Source of the DNA: Candidatus Aminicenantales bacterium
GTDB lineage: Bacteria > Acidobacteriota > Aminicenantia > Aminicenantales > UBA4085
Assembly (NCBI GenBank): GCA_049515535.1
Contig: JBEKTZ010000006.1
Span: 186,001 to 212,704 of the forward strand
Length of the DNA stretch: 26,704 nt
Direction: 5' to 3'
The notes under the pieces are model-generated. The model did no database searches, had not been told where the DNA came from, and saw only the letters and a list, made by a program, of their open reading frames with translations. The position numbers were made by a program, and so were the translations under genes. Within the stretch, counting starts at the first letter, position 1; the number at the start of each line of letters is the position of its first letter. Shown piece after piece: positions 16,258-24,173 of this stretch.

Positions 16258-16319
16258 GCGGCGGAGCTTGTTCACCCATTTCACCATCATGAATATGACC
16301 AGGGCGATGATCAGAAAAT
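16258..16319 (-). repeat. 62-bp inverted repeat, copy 2 (intergenic duplicate of an mscL segment)
   Basis: Perfect reverse complement of 14327-14388. Reads [20 protein letters not shown] on the minus strand, with an in-frame TAA just upstream. Confidence 0.95.
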
Positions 16320-16337
16320 TTTATTTGGACAAAAAAA

Positions 16338-19300
16338 TCATGTGATATCCTGGGTTGAGTTTCGGCGCTCTTTGGCGAGACGGTCCATGACCTGCTCGAT
16401 CGTACTCTGTAGGTCGTGCGGTTTGAGCGGCTTGGAGACGTATTCGTCCATGCCCGCTTCCAGGCACTTTTCCCGATCGCCCTTCATCGCGTGGGCCGTC
16501 ATGGCGATGATCGGCGTGTGATTGCCGGATTTCCGTTCCCGGAGACGGATTTCGGCCGTCGCCTGGTACCCGTCCATTTCCGGCATTTGGACATCCATCA
16601 AGACCAGGTCATAGGCGTTTTTATCGAGTGCCGCGAGCGTCTTCTTGCCGTTGTCCACGACCGTCACCTTGTGACCGCGGTTCTCAAGGATTCTGACAGC
16701 CAGCTTCTGGTTGATGGGGTTATCCTCCGCCAGCAGGATCGAAAACCGGGTTCGCGGCTGGATCAGAGAATGACGGGTGATCAGGGGCGTTTCGCCCCTT
16801 TTTTCCGGCGGCGTCCCCAGAGCCAGCATGATCGCATCCAAAAGGAATGACTGCTTGACCGGCTTCGTCAAATAGGCCGAGAATCCCAACTGCCGGCACC
16901 TGATCGAATCCCCTCGAAACCCGGCCGAACTGAGCATCATGATCAAAATATTCCTGTACTCCGGATTCTTGTTGATCTCTTCGGCCAACTCGAATCCGTC
17001 CATATGCGGCATGTTGGCGTCGATCAGGATCAACTTGAAGAGTTTGTCCTCCTTCCGGGCTTGATCCAGCCTTTCCAGGGCCTGCCGCGCGCTTTCCGCC
17101 GGCGTCGATTTCATGCCCCAATGGGCCAGCATTTCCTGGAGAATCTTGCGGTTGGTCGCGTTGTCGTCCACGACCAGCACCGAGATGTCCTTGAGTTCCT
17201 CGAACCGAACCGGGACCTGCCGCTCTTCCTCCTCCACCTGCAGTCCCAACATGGCGGTGAAATGAAACGTGCTCCCTTGTCCGGCTTTGCTCTCGGCCCA
17301 TATCCGCCCCTTCATGAGTTCCACGAGCTGCGTGGAAATCGCGAGCCCGAGGCCGGTCCCGCCGTAAACCCGTGTTGTCGAGCTGTCCGCTTGAGTGAAC
17401 GGATCGAAAACGATCTTCAGCTTCTCGGGCGGGATTCCGATTCCCGTGTCGCGCACTTGGAAATGCAGCCGGACTCGATCCGCGAGCCGCTCTTCGATCC
17501 CGAGAGAAACGACCACTTCGCCTTTTTCGGTGAACTTGACGGCGTTGCTCAGCATATTGCTCAGGATCTGGCGCAGACGGCCGGGATCGCCCATGAGCTG
17601 ATCCGGGATATCCGCGGGTATGTCATAGATCAGTTCCAGGCCTTTTTTCTCCGCTTGAATGGCCGCGCCGGAGACAATGGCGTGAACCGTATCCCGGAGG
17701 TTGAAGGGGATGATTTCCAGGTCGACTTTTTTGGCTTCGATCTTCGAAAAATCCAGGATGTCGTTAATGATATTCATCAACGATTCGGCCGATGTCTTGA
17801 CCGCTTCCAAGTACTCCCGTTGCTCATGGGTTAAGTTGGTTTCCAGCGCCAGCTCCGTCATGCCGAAGATCCCGTTCATCGGGGTGCGGATCTCATGGCT
17901 CATGTTTGCCAGAAATTCGCTCTTGGCCCGATTGGCCTCCTTCGCCTCTTTCTCCGCTTTTTTCAATTCCGTGATATCCGTGTAAACTGCCATCGCTCCC
18001 GCGATTTTCCGGCCGATGAGGATGGGCGAGCTGGCAAAAATGACATGCCTTGGAGTTCCGTCTTTCCGGTAGCGGACGGCCTCGCCGGGAATCATCACCA
18101 TGCCGTCCAAGTTGATCCGGGAAAATTTTCGGGCTTCTTCTTTGAATTCGGGGGAGACGACGATATCATCGACATCCTTGCCCAGAACTTCGTCTCGCCG
18201 CCAGCCGAAGATTCCCTCGGCGCCGGGACTCCATTCGGTGATTCTGGAATGGACATCGGTGGTGACAATGGCGTTAGGAGAGTTGAAGAGAATCGTCTGC
18301 AGGTAATTCTGCCGTTTTTCCAGCTCCCCTTCGGTCTTTTTCCGGACCGTAATTTCTTGCTGGAGCTCGGTCGTCCGCGCCGCGACGTTCCGTTCCAAAA
18401 TGACGGCCCTCTGCCGGATGCTCCGGGTGCGCGCGCGGAAAAGGGCAACGATCAAAGCCAATAAAAGAACGGCAACCAGACCTCGAAACAACCATGTGGT
18501 CCAGAATGGCGGGACGACACGGATTTTCAGGGACACCCCTGTCTCATTCCAGAGCCCATCGTTGTTCGAAGCTTTGACTCGAAACGTGTAATGTCCGGGC
18601 GGAAGGTTCGTAAAGTTGACGAAATTCCGGTCGCTCGCGCCGTTCCACTCCTTTTCCAAGCCTTCCATAATGTAGGCATAGCGGTTTTTTTTGGGCGCCG
18701 CGAAATGAAGCGCCGCGAATTCGAAGGAAATGAACCGGTCCTCCCAGCTCAAAACGAGATCGGAGGCTTCGGTGATCGATCGTTCAAGGACGACCCTGCC
18801 GTTGATTTTCTGCCCGGGGAGCACGGTTTTATTGGAAATTTGGAAATCGGTGATCGCGACACCGGGAGGATAGGGATTGTCTTTGATCATCCCGGGGAAA
18901 AAACTGTTGAGACCTTGAGATCCGCCGAAAAACATTTCCCCGCCGCGGGTTTTAAAATAAGCGCCGCCGTTGAATTCATTGCTCTGCAAGCCGTCCGAAA
19001 CGTCATAGGTTTTAACGCTCCGGGATGCGGGATTGAAGCGGCTGATCCCGCGAACGCCGGAGAGCCAGAGGTTGTCCGATTCATCGATCAGAATCCCGTA
19101 AAACGAATTGCTCAGAAACCCATCCTTTGTCGAAAAGGTGGTGAAGGTCCCCGTCTTCGGATCAAGCCTACTGAGCCCGCCCTCGGTCCCGATCCATATG
19201 TTACCTGCGGCGTCCTCATTGAGGGACATGACGTAATCATTGCAGAGACTGTTGGGATTGGCCTGGTTGTGCCGGAAGGCGGTGAATCGATCTGTTTGCC

Positions 19301-20996
19301 GATCCAAGCGGTTCAGTCCGCCCCCGAATGTCCCGACCCATAATATCCCTGATCTGTCGTCGAAAAGGATGCGGGCGCGATTATGGCTTAAACTCCCGGG
19401 AACGGCCGGATCGTTTTGATAGCGGATGAATGAATTTTTCCCGGCGATAAACTTGTTGAGCCCGCCTCCATCCGTCCCCACCCAGAGTGTCCCGAAACGA
19501 TCGATCAACAGGCATCGGACGAAGTTGTGGCTCAAGCTGCCGGGATCATTGGCATTGTTGAGATAATGAGTGAACGTTTTTTTTATCGGGTCGTATTTGT
19601 TCAGGCCGCCTCCGAGCGTCCCGATCCAGACGACGTCGGAACGATCAACGCGGACGGCATAGACGAAATTGTTGTTCAGACCGGTGGGATTGCCGGGTGT
19701 GAATTGAAAACGCGTATAGAGGTCGGATTTTCGGTCCAAATAACATAAACCTTTATCCTCGGTCCCGATCCAAAGGTTCCCTTGAGAATCCTCCCCGATG
19801 GCCCGCAGATAGTTGGAAATGAGGCTATTGGGATCATTAGGATAGCTTTGATAAAGCTTGAACCTCATTTTATCGGGAACGTATTGACTGATGCCTCTCC
19901 CTCGAGTCCCGATCCAGAGCACGCCGGTCTTATCTTCAAGAATGGAACAAATATTATCGTAAATAAGGCTTTCGGGCTTGGCGGGATCGTTGCGGATGAC
20001 GGAAAAATTCCGCTTTTTGGGATCGAAAATACTGAGCCCTGCGTGAGTTCCGATCAAAAGGCGGTCCGAACGATCCTGATAAATGACGTAAACGTCGTTG
20101 CTGCTCAAGCTTCGGGGATTAGTATACTCATTATGATAGTGGGTGAATTTGCCGGTCTTCCGGTCTAGAGCGTTCAACCCGCCGCCTTCCGTTCCGACCC
20201 AGAGCGTTCCTCCGCGGTCTTCGTAGAGAACGCGCACCTGATTATTGCTCAGGCTCCCGGGATCGCGGGGATCATAGCCGTACCGCGTGATTTTATCCGC
20301 CTTAAAGTCAAAGGCATGCAACCCTCCGTTTGTCGCCAGCCACAGGAGGCCCGCCTTGTCTTCATATATGGAATAGATAGCGCTCCGGCTCGCCGCGTTC
20401 GGCCCCTCCCGGGATTCCCGGACGAATCGCTTGAATTTGCCCGTCTTCCGGTCAAGGGCGTTCAGCCCGCTGCCTTCCGTGCCGATCCAAAGGTTTCCCG
20501 AGGCGCGCCCTTCATGAATGGCAGAGATGGCGTTATGGCTCAGGCTCAAGGGATCCTGAGGAGCGTTAAGAAAACGGGTGAAATTATCCAGGTCCCGGTT
20601 GTATCTATTCAAACCCCTGTTCGTGCCCACCCAGATGGTTCCCTGGGAGTCCTCGAAGAGAACTGTCACCGTATCATTGCTCAAGCTATTCGGATCATCA
20701 TCCGCAAGCCTGTAGATTTTCATTTTGAGGCCGTCGTATCGGTTCAGGCCGTCTTCCGTTCCGATCCAGATAAATCCCTTTCGGTCTTGAATGAGGGAGA
20801 GCGCAGATCCTTGGGTCAGACCTTCCTTGATCGAAAGATGGATGAAATTGTTCGAGATTTCTTGGGCCGCCAGGGGTGTTCGCGCCAGTAAAGAGATTCC
20901 CATGAGACTCAAGAGGAGAGCGGTCCGGATCCTTCTTTTCCTCCGGCGCGAAAAAGCGTCATCTAAAAAAAAGGCAAGATGTCGGCCAGCGTTCAT
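16338..20996 (-). CDS. Hybrid sensor histidine kinase: periplasmic beta-propellers, Y_Y_Y, TM, PAS, HisKA, HATPase, two REC domains
   Basis: Many 'DxxGxLWIGTxxGL' repeats; 'FTNLPPGHYTFRVKASNNDG'; PAS 'EWSPGAEGIFGW'; 'FLANMSHEIRTPMNG'; 'DTGIGI', 'GGTGLGL'; two canonical receivers ('VVDDN…IDANMP…TKP', 'AEDN…MDVQMP…SKP'). Confidence 0.95.
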   Translation of the reverse strand: MNAGRHLAFFLDDAFSRRRKRRIRTALLLSLMGISLLARTPLAAQEISNNFIHLSIKEGLTQGSALSLIQDRKGFIWIGTEDGLNRYDGLKMKIYRLADDDPNSLSNDTVTVLFEDSQGTIWVGTNRGLNRYNRDLDNFTRFLNAPQDPLSLSHNAISAIHEGRASGNLWIGTEGSGLNALDRKTGKFKRFVRESREGPNAASRSAIYSIYEDKAGLLWLATNGGLHAFDFKADKITRYGYDPRDPGSLSNNQVRVLYEDRGGTLWVGTEGGGLNALDRKTGKFTHYHNEYTNPRSLSSNDVYVIYQDRSDRLLIGTHAGLSIFDPKKRNFSVIRNDPAKPESLIYDNICSILEDKTGVLWIGTRGRGISQYVPDKMRFKLYQSYPNDPNSLISNYLRAIGEDSQGNLWIGTEDKGLCYLDRKSDLYTRFQFTPGNPTGLNNNFVYAVRVDRSDVVWIGTLGGGLNKYDPIKKTFTHYLNNANDPGSLSHNFVRCLLIDRFGTLWVGTDGGGLNKFIAGKNSFIRYQNDPAVPGSLSHNRARILFDDRSGILWVGTFGGGLNRLDRQTDRFTAFRHNQANPNSLCNDYVMSLNEDAAGNIWIGTEGGLSRLDPKTGTFTTFSTKDGFLSNSFYGILIDESDNLWLSGVRGISRFNPASRSVKTYDVSDGLQSNEFNGGAYFKTRGGEMFFGGSQGLNSFFPGMIKDNPYPPGVAITDFQISNKTVLPGQKINGRVVLERSITEASDLVLSWEDRFISFEFAALHFAAPKKNRYAYIMEGLEKEWNGASDRNFVNFTNLPPGHYTFRVKASNNDGLWNETGVSLKIRVVPPFWTTWLFRGLVAVLLLALIVALFRARTRSIRQRAVILERNVAARTTELQQEITVRKKTEGELEKRQNYLQTILFNSPNAIVTTDVHSRITEWSPGAEGIFGWRRDEVLGKDVDDIVVSPEFKEEARKFSRINLDGMVMIPGEAVRYRKDGTPRHVIFASSPILIGRKIAGAMAVYTDITELKKAEKEAKEANRAKSEFLANMSHEIRTPMNGIFGMTELALETNLTHEQREYLEAVKTSAESLMNIINDILDFSKIEAKKVDLEIIPFNLRDTVHAIVSGAAIQAEKKGLELIYDIPADIPDQLMGDPGRLRQILSNMLSNAVKFTEKGEVVVSLGIEERLADRVRLHFQVRDTGIGIPPEKLKIVFDPFTQADSSTTRVYGGTGLGLAISTQLVELMKGRIWAESKAGQGSTFHFTAMLGLQVEEEERQVPVRFEELKDISVLVVDDNATNRKILQEMLAHWGMKSTPAESARQALERLDQARKEDKLFKLILIDANMPHMDGFELAEEINKNPEYRNILIMMLSSAGFRGDSIRCRQLGFSAYLTKPVKQSFLLDAIMLALGTPPEKRGETPLITRHSLIQPRTRFSILLAEDNPINQKLAVRILENRGHKVTVVDNGKKTLAALDKNAYDLVLMDVQMPEMDGYQATAEIRLRERKSGNHTPIIAMTAHAMKGDREKCLEAGMDEYVSKPLKPHDLQSTIEQVMDRLAKERRNSTQDIT

Positions 20997-21070
20997 GGAT
21001 ATCCCCCTTTAAATCAATTCAAACGCTTCGTGCTGCGGGTCCGTTTGGATCATCTCGACGACCCTTGGAA

Positions 21071-21121
21071 AGCATATCCCCGCCTGAAAAACATTGTCAA
21101 CACTTATTTGGAACTTGTCAA
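21071..21121 (-). promoter_or_regulatory. Putative kinase promoter with tandem TTGACA boxes
   Basis: Minus strand TTGACA at 21121-21116 and 21100-21095. The second is followed 18 nt later by TATGCT (21076-21071). Confidence 0.5.
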
Positions 21122-21169
21122 ATGAATGGTAAACGCATCTGACTGGGGTCCTGGTCGCTGGAATTCCTT

Positions 21170-21856
21170 TTAAAAAACGAACCCCAAACCGAACGACAGG
21201 CCCAGCGACGAGGTTTTCAACCAGCTTTTCCACTCGGGACCGTCTTGCCCGACGCGAAAGGTGAAGATATCCCTGCCCTTGCCTTCACCGCTGGCGTAGC
21301 CATAGCCGAGGACGCGATAGACGAGGCCGCCGTTCATGAAGAGAAACGGCGCGATGTCCAAAATGATCCCGCCGCCGAAGTTCAATCCAAGCCCGATATA
21401 TGTCGCGCGATATTTCACGCCGTACATCTCCGCGCCCTGATCGACCGTCAGCCAGGGAACGCTGATCCCGACGAGGATGTAGGGTTTGATCGCGAAATCC
21501 TTGACAAGAAACGTCCGGCCGTCGATCTCGAAGGACCGATAGAACGATGACCCGGCGCGGTCCTTGAAGGCGGAGGGATGGCGCGAGTTCACGTAAAGGA
21601 GCTCCCAGAGCCAGGAGTTCCGTTTGAAGCCCAAGCCGAACCCGAAGGCCGTCGCGTTTTTCATTTCCGGAACGAAAAAGGCTTTATCGAAGCACCATAA
21701 GACGAGGCGGCCGTCGAAGTCGCCCTTGAAGGCGAGCGATTGGCCCGACACGGCGATGAAAAAGCCTTCTCCGGTTCGCTTGAGATCCTGCGCCGAGGCC
21801 GATGCGGACGCCAAGGTCACGAGCGACAGGAGGATCGAGATCCAGGATCTCTTCAC
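21170..21856 (-). CDS. Outer-membrane beta-barrel protein (small, OmpA/OmpW-like barrel)
   Basis: Signal peptide ending ASA-Q, amphipathic beta strands, 'KPYILVG', 'GLGLNFGGG', C-terminal 'FGLGFVF' beta-signal. Confidence 0.75.
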   Translation of the reverse strand: MKRSWISILLSLVTLASASASAQDLKRTGEGFFIAVSGQSLAFKGDFDGRLVLWCFDKAFFVPEMKNATAFGFGLGFKRNSWLWELLYVNSRHPSAFKDRAGSSFYRSFEIDGRTFLVKDFAIKPYILVGISVPWLTVDQGAEMYGVKYRATYIGLGLNFGGGIILDIAPFLFMNGGLVYRVLGYGYASGEGKGRDIFTFRVGQDGPEWKSWLKTSSLGLSFGLGFVF

Positions 21857-21877
21857 GGAGTCTTCACACCTCTGGGG

Positions 21878-21906
21878 ATATTAAAGGTCGGTGGAAAAAT
21901 TGTCAA
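21878..21906 (-). promoter_or_regulatory. Putative sigma70 promoter of the beta-barrel gene
   Basis: Minus strand TTGACA (21906-21901), 17 nt, TAATAT (21883-21878). Confidence 0.65.
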
Positions 21907-22024
21907 ATAAAAGGGGGGAAGAGATCCCCTCTAGACATTCCGGATCTCACGTCCGGCTCAGAGGGTCTCAAGAGAAGAGTCGCGCTCAAAGGCTGGTTTC
22001 CGTTCGACGATAATGATAATATTT

Positions 22025-22614
22025 GAAGCCGATGATCCGCGCATCCGAATTAAAAAAAGGAGAGGCCGTCAAGATCGACGGAGATCCTTGCATCGTCGAG
22101 TCCATCACCGTCCAGACTCCGGGAGCGCGCGGGGCCGTGACGCTGTACAAGGTCCGATTCCGCAATGCCCTGACCAAACGCAAGACGGACCAGACGTTCC
22201 GCGGCGACGACGTCTTGGACGAAGCGGACATGGCCCGCCGTCCGGTTCAAATTTTGTACGGCGACGCCGCGGGTTTCACGTTCATGGATCTCGAGGACTA
22301 CAGCCAATTCACTCTGACCAAGGACGACCTCGAAAATGAATGGCTCTACCTGACCGAAGGGCAGGAAGGATTGTTGGCCCTCATTGCGGACGGCCGGGTC
22401 ATCGGCCTCGAGCTGCCGCTCCTCGTCCCCTTGAAGATCGTGGAGACCAGGCTGTCAATGAAGGGCGGCTCGGTGACGGCGCGAACGAAGCCGGCCGTGT
22501 TATCCACGGGTTTGGTCATCCAGGTTCCCGAATATCTATCGACCGGGGAAGTCGTTCGGGTGGACACACGTTCCGGATTGTATGTGTCGAAAGCGTAATT
22601 ATCGAAGCCGATGA
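22025..22614 (+). repeat. 11-bp direct repeat GAAGCCGATGA flanking efpL (22025-22035 and 22604-22614)
   Basis: Both copies are directly visible, each preceded by a TAAT-containing AT-rich stretch. Confidence 0.7.
22032..22598 (+). CDS. yeiP: Elongation factor P-like protein EfpL/YeiP
   Basis: 'MIRASELKKG', loop 'TPGARGAVTLYKVRF' (EfpL-type PxARG, not EF-P KPGKG), 'TARTKPAVLSTGLVIQVPEYL', 'YVSKA'. Confidence 0.88.
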   Translation: MIRASELKKGEAVKIDGDPCIVESITVQTPGARGAVTLYKVRFRNALTKRKTDQTFRGDDVLDEADMARRPVQILYGDAAGFTFMDLEDYSQFTLTKDDLENEWLYLTEGQEGLLALIADGRVIGLELPLLVPLKIVETRLSMKGGSVTARTKPAVLSTGLVIQVPEYLSTGEVVRVDTRSGLYVSKA

Positions 22615-22630
22615 CGAGAAGGAGATCGGG

Positions 22631-22825
22631 TCAGCGCTTTTTAGGCGTCGTCCCATCGTCGCAGGGCTCGTCGGCATCGTAGTTCCTGGCCATTTCCGAG
22701 TCCTGGGCTTTCGTGCATAAGGGAAGAGGTTCCATCTCTTTTTTGCAGCAGAACGGGATGGGCTGTCCTTTTTTGATCGTGATTTGACGGTTGCATTCCC
22801 GGCATTTATAGATGAGTTCGCTCAT
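22631..22825 (-). CDS. Small Cys-rich protein with desulforedoxin-like metal-binding motif
   Basis: 64 aa. 'YKCRECN…PFCCKKEM' = CxxC-x14-CC, plus C37 and C55 in an acidic tail. RBS GAGGGAG. Confidence 0.8.
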   Translation of the reverse strand: MSELIYKCRECNRQITIKKGQPIPFCCKKEMEPLPLCTKAQDSEMARNYDADEPCDDGTTPKKR

Positions 22826-22867
22826 GTTCCATCTCCCTCAACTTCAATTAACGTCCAAAGCGGAATT

Positions 22868-22896
22868 AATTTATCATGACCGGGGCGTAAAATCAA
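22868..22896 (-). promoter_or_regulatory. Possible internal promoter for the small Cys-rich gene
   Basis: Minus strand TTGATT, 17-nt spacer ending TGA, TAAATT. Confidence 0.4.
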
Positions 22897-22900
22897 TGTG

Positions 22901-23836
22901 TTATCCGCCTTCTTTTTTTTGGATATATTTCTGGTGATATTCTTCGGCTTTGGTGAATTCGGAAGAGGGGACGATCTCGGTGACGATGTTTTTCCGGAAT
23001 CGACCGGATGCGTCGAACTCGGCTTTGACGGCCTGGGCCTTGGTCTTCTGATCTTCAGAGTGGTAAAAGATGACCGAGCGATATTGGGTTCCCACATCCG
23101 GGCCCTGCCGATTCAATTGAGTGGGATCGTGGAAGGTGAAAAACGCCCGGACCAGGTCTTCATAGGAGATCAGGGAGGGGATAAAGATCACCCGGACGGA
23201 TTCGACATGCCCTGTCTCGTTGGAGCAGACATCGCGATAACTCGGATTTTTAGTGTGTCCGCCCGTATATCCGACCACGGTCTCCACGACTCCGGGCAGT
23301 TTACTGAACTTGTCCTCTACGCCCCAGAAACAGCCTGCGGCGAAGGTGGCGATCTCTGTTTCGGCCGTCATGGGGGCGGCAAAGACCGAAAGTCCGGCTG
23401 CGGCGGGAGCAGGCGTCGGATTTTCCGCCCGCTCAGCGCCTGTTTTTTTGAACGTCAGCGCCGCCGAGTTGATGCAGTAGTGCCGCCCCGTCGGGGCCGG
23501 GCCGTCGTCGAACACATGTCCGAGATGGGCGCCGCAATGGGCGCACCGGACCTCGACCCGCGCCATTCCGAACGATCGATCTTCGAGGAAAACAAGAGCA
23601 TCCTTGGCGGCCGGATCGGAGAAACTGGGCCAGCCCGTCCCGTGTTCGTACTTGGTTTCGGACTTGAAGAGGAGGGCTTCGCAGGCAGCGCAATGATATT
23701 CGCCCTTTTCCCAAAAGTCGTTATAGACGCCGCTCCCGGCCGGCTCCGTGCCGCATTGGATCATGACCCGGTATTGCTCCGGGGTGAGCGTTTTTTTCAA
23801 ATTCTCCGGAATCACGGCCTTGGCCAGCATTTTCAT
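22901..23836 (-). CDS. msrAB: Bifunctional methionine sulfoxide reductase, MsrB-MsrA order
   Basis: MsrB: 'GTE', CAAC and CAHC Zn sites, 'GTGWPSF', 'HLGHVFDDGP', 'HYCINSAAL'. Ala/Pro linker. MsrA: 'AAGCFWGVE', 'GYTGG', 'HDPTQLNRQGPDVGTQYRS', 'AEEYHQKY'. Confidence 0.96.
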   Translation of the reverse strand: MKMLAKAVIPENLKKTLTPEQYRVMIQCGTEPAGSGVYNDFWEKGEYHCAACEALLFKSETKYEHGTGWPSFSDPAAKDALVFLEDRSFGMARVEVRCAHCGAHLGHVFDDGPAPTGRHYCINSAALTFKKTGAERAENPTPAPAAAGLSVFAAPMTAETEIATFAAGCFWGVEDKFSKLPGVVETVVGYTGGHTKNPSYRDVCSNETGHVESVRVIFIPSLISYEDLVRAFFTFHDPTQLNRQGPDVGTQYRSVIFYHSEDQKTKAQAVKAEFDASGRFRKNIVTEIVPSSEFTKAEEYHQKYIQKKEGG

Positions 23837-23880
23837 GGACGCCTCCCTGATTCATTTATATACATAAATCCCATAGTATT

Positions 23881-23908
23881 AGTATAGAATAAAACCGCGA
23901 AAAGTCAA
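23881..23908 (-). promoter_or_regulatory. Putative sigma70 promoter of msrBA
   Basis: Minus strand TTGACT (23908-23903), 16 nt, TATACT (23886-23881). Confidence 0.55.
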
Positions 23909-23909
23909 T

Positions 23910-24085
23910 TTGGAGGGGGAACCCGCTTCGCTTTTCCCCCTTCCAACGGGCACCGGGAAGACCCGGTCGCCCTGCCTCCCTTTCTCGGGCGGGGCATGAA
24001 ACCCCGCCCTGCGACCAAGGGGGCGGCTCCCCCTTAGATCCCTCTATGAGCGGTTCCCCGTGGCAAGCCACGGGGAACCGCTCAT
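23910..24085. repeat. Multi-hairpin palindromic element (REP/MITE-like or structured RNA)
   Basis: Five consecutive stems: 23910-23946, 23948-23972, 23987-24009, 24017-24035, and a perfect 19-bp-arm palindrome at 24046-24085. Confidence 0.7.
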
Positions 24086-24173
24086 CAAGGAGCCGAGGTC
24101 CGTTCAATGTCGGGGAGAAAAACTAGGCGATCGAAATCGTGTTTAACGGCCGGGGATCTGTCTTAGGATCCTT

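Noticed and set aside
16073..16279. 68-aa version of the leader ORF
   Set aside because: Its ATG lies in the mscL duplicate, upstream of the consensus promoter. The 29-aa form from 16162 fits better.
18900..20860. Recurring ~130-150-nt similarity (GTxCCGATCCA etc.) suggesting an array
   Set aside because: These are the coding beta-propeller blade repeats (LWIGT) of the kinase, not CRISPR or a DNA repeat array.
22901..23836. Possible selenocysteine Msr
   Set aside because: Both catalytic positions are ordinary Cys codons; no in-frame TGA.
22898..23887. 329-aa + strand ORF
   Set aside because: Antisense shadow of msrBA.
23856..24107. 83-aa minus-strand ORF across the hairpin element
   Set aside because: TTG start, low-complexity translation; explained by the GC-rich palindromes.
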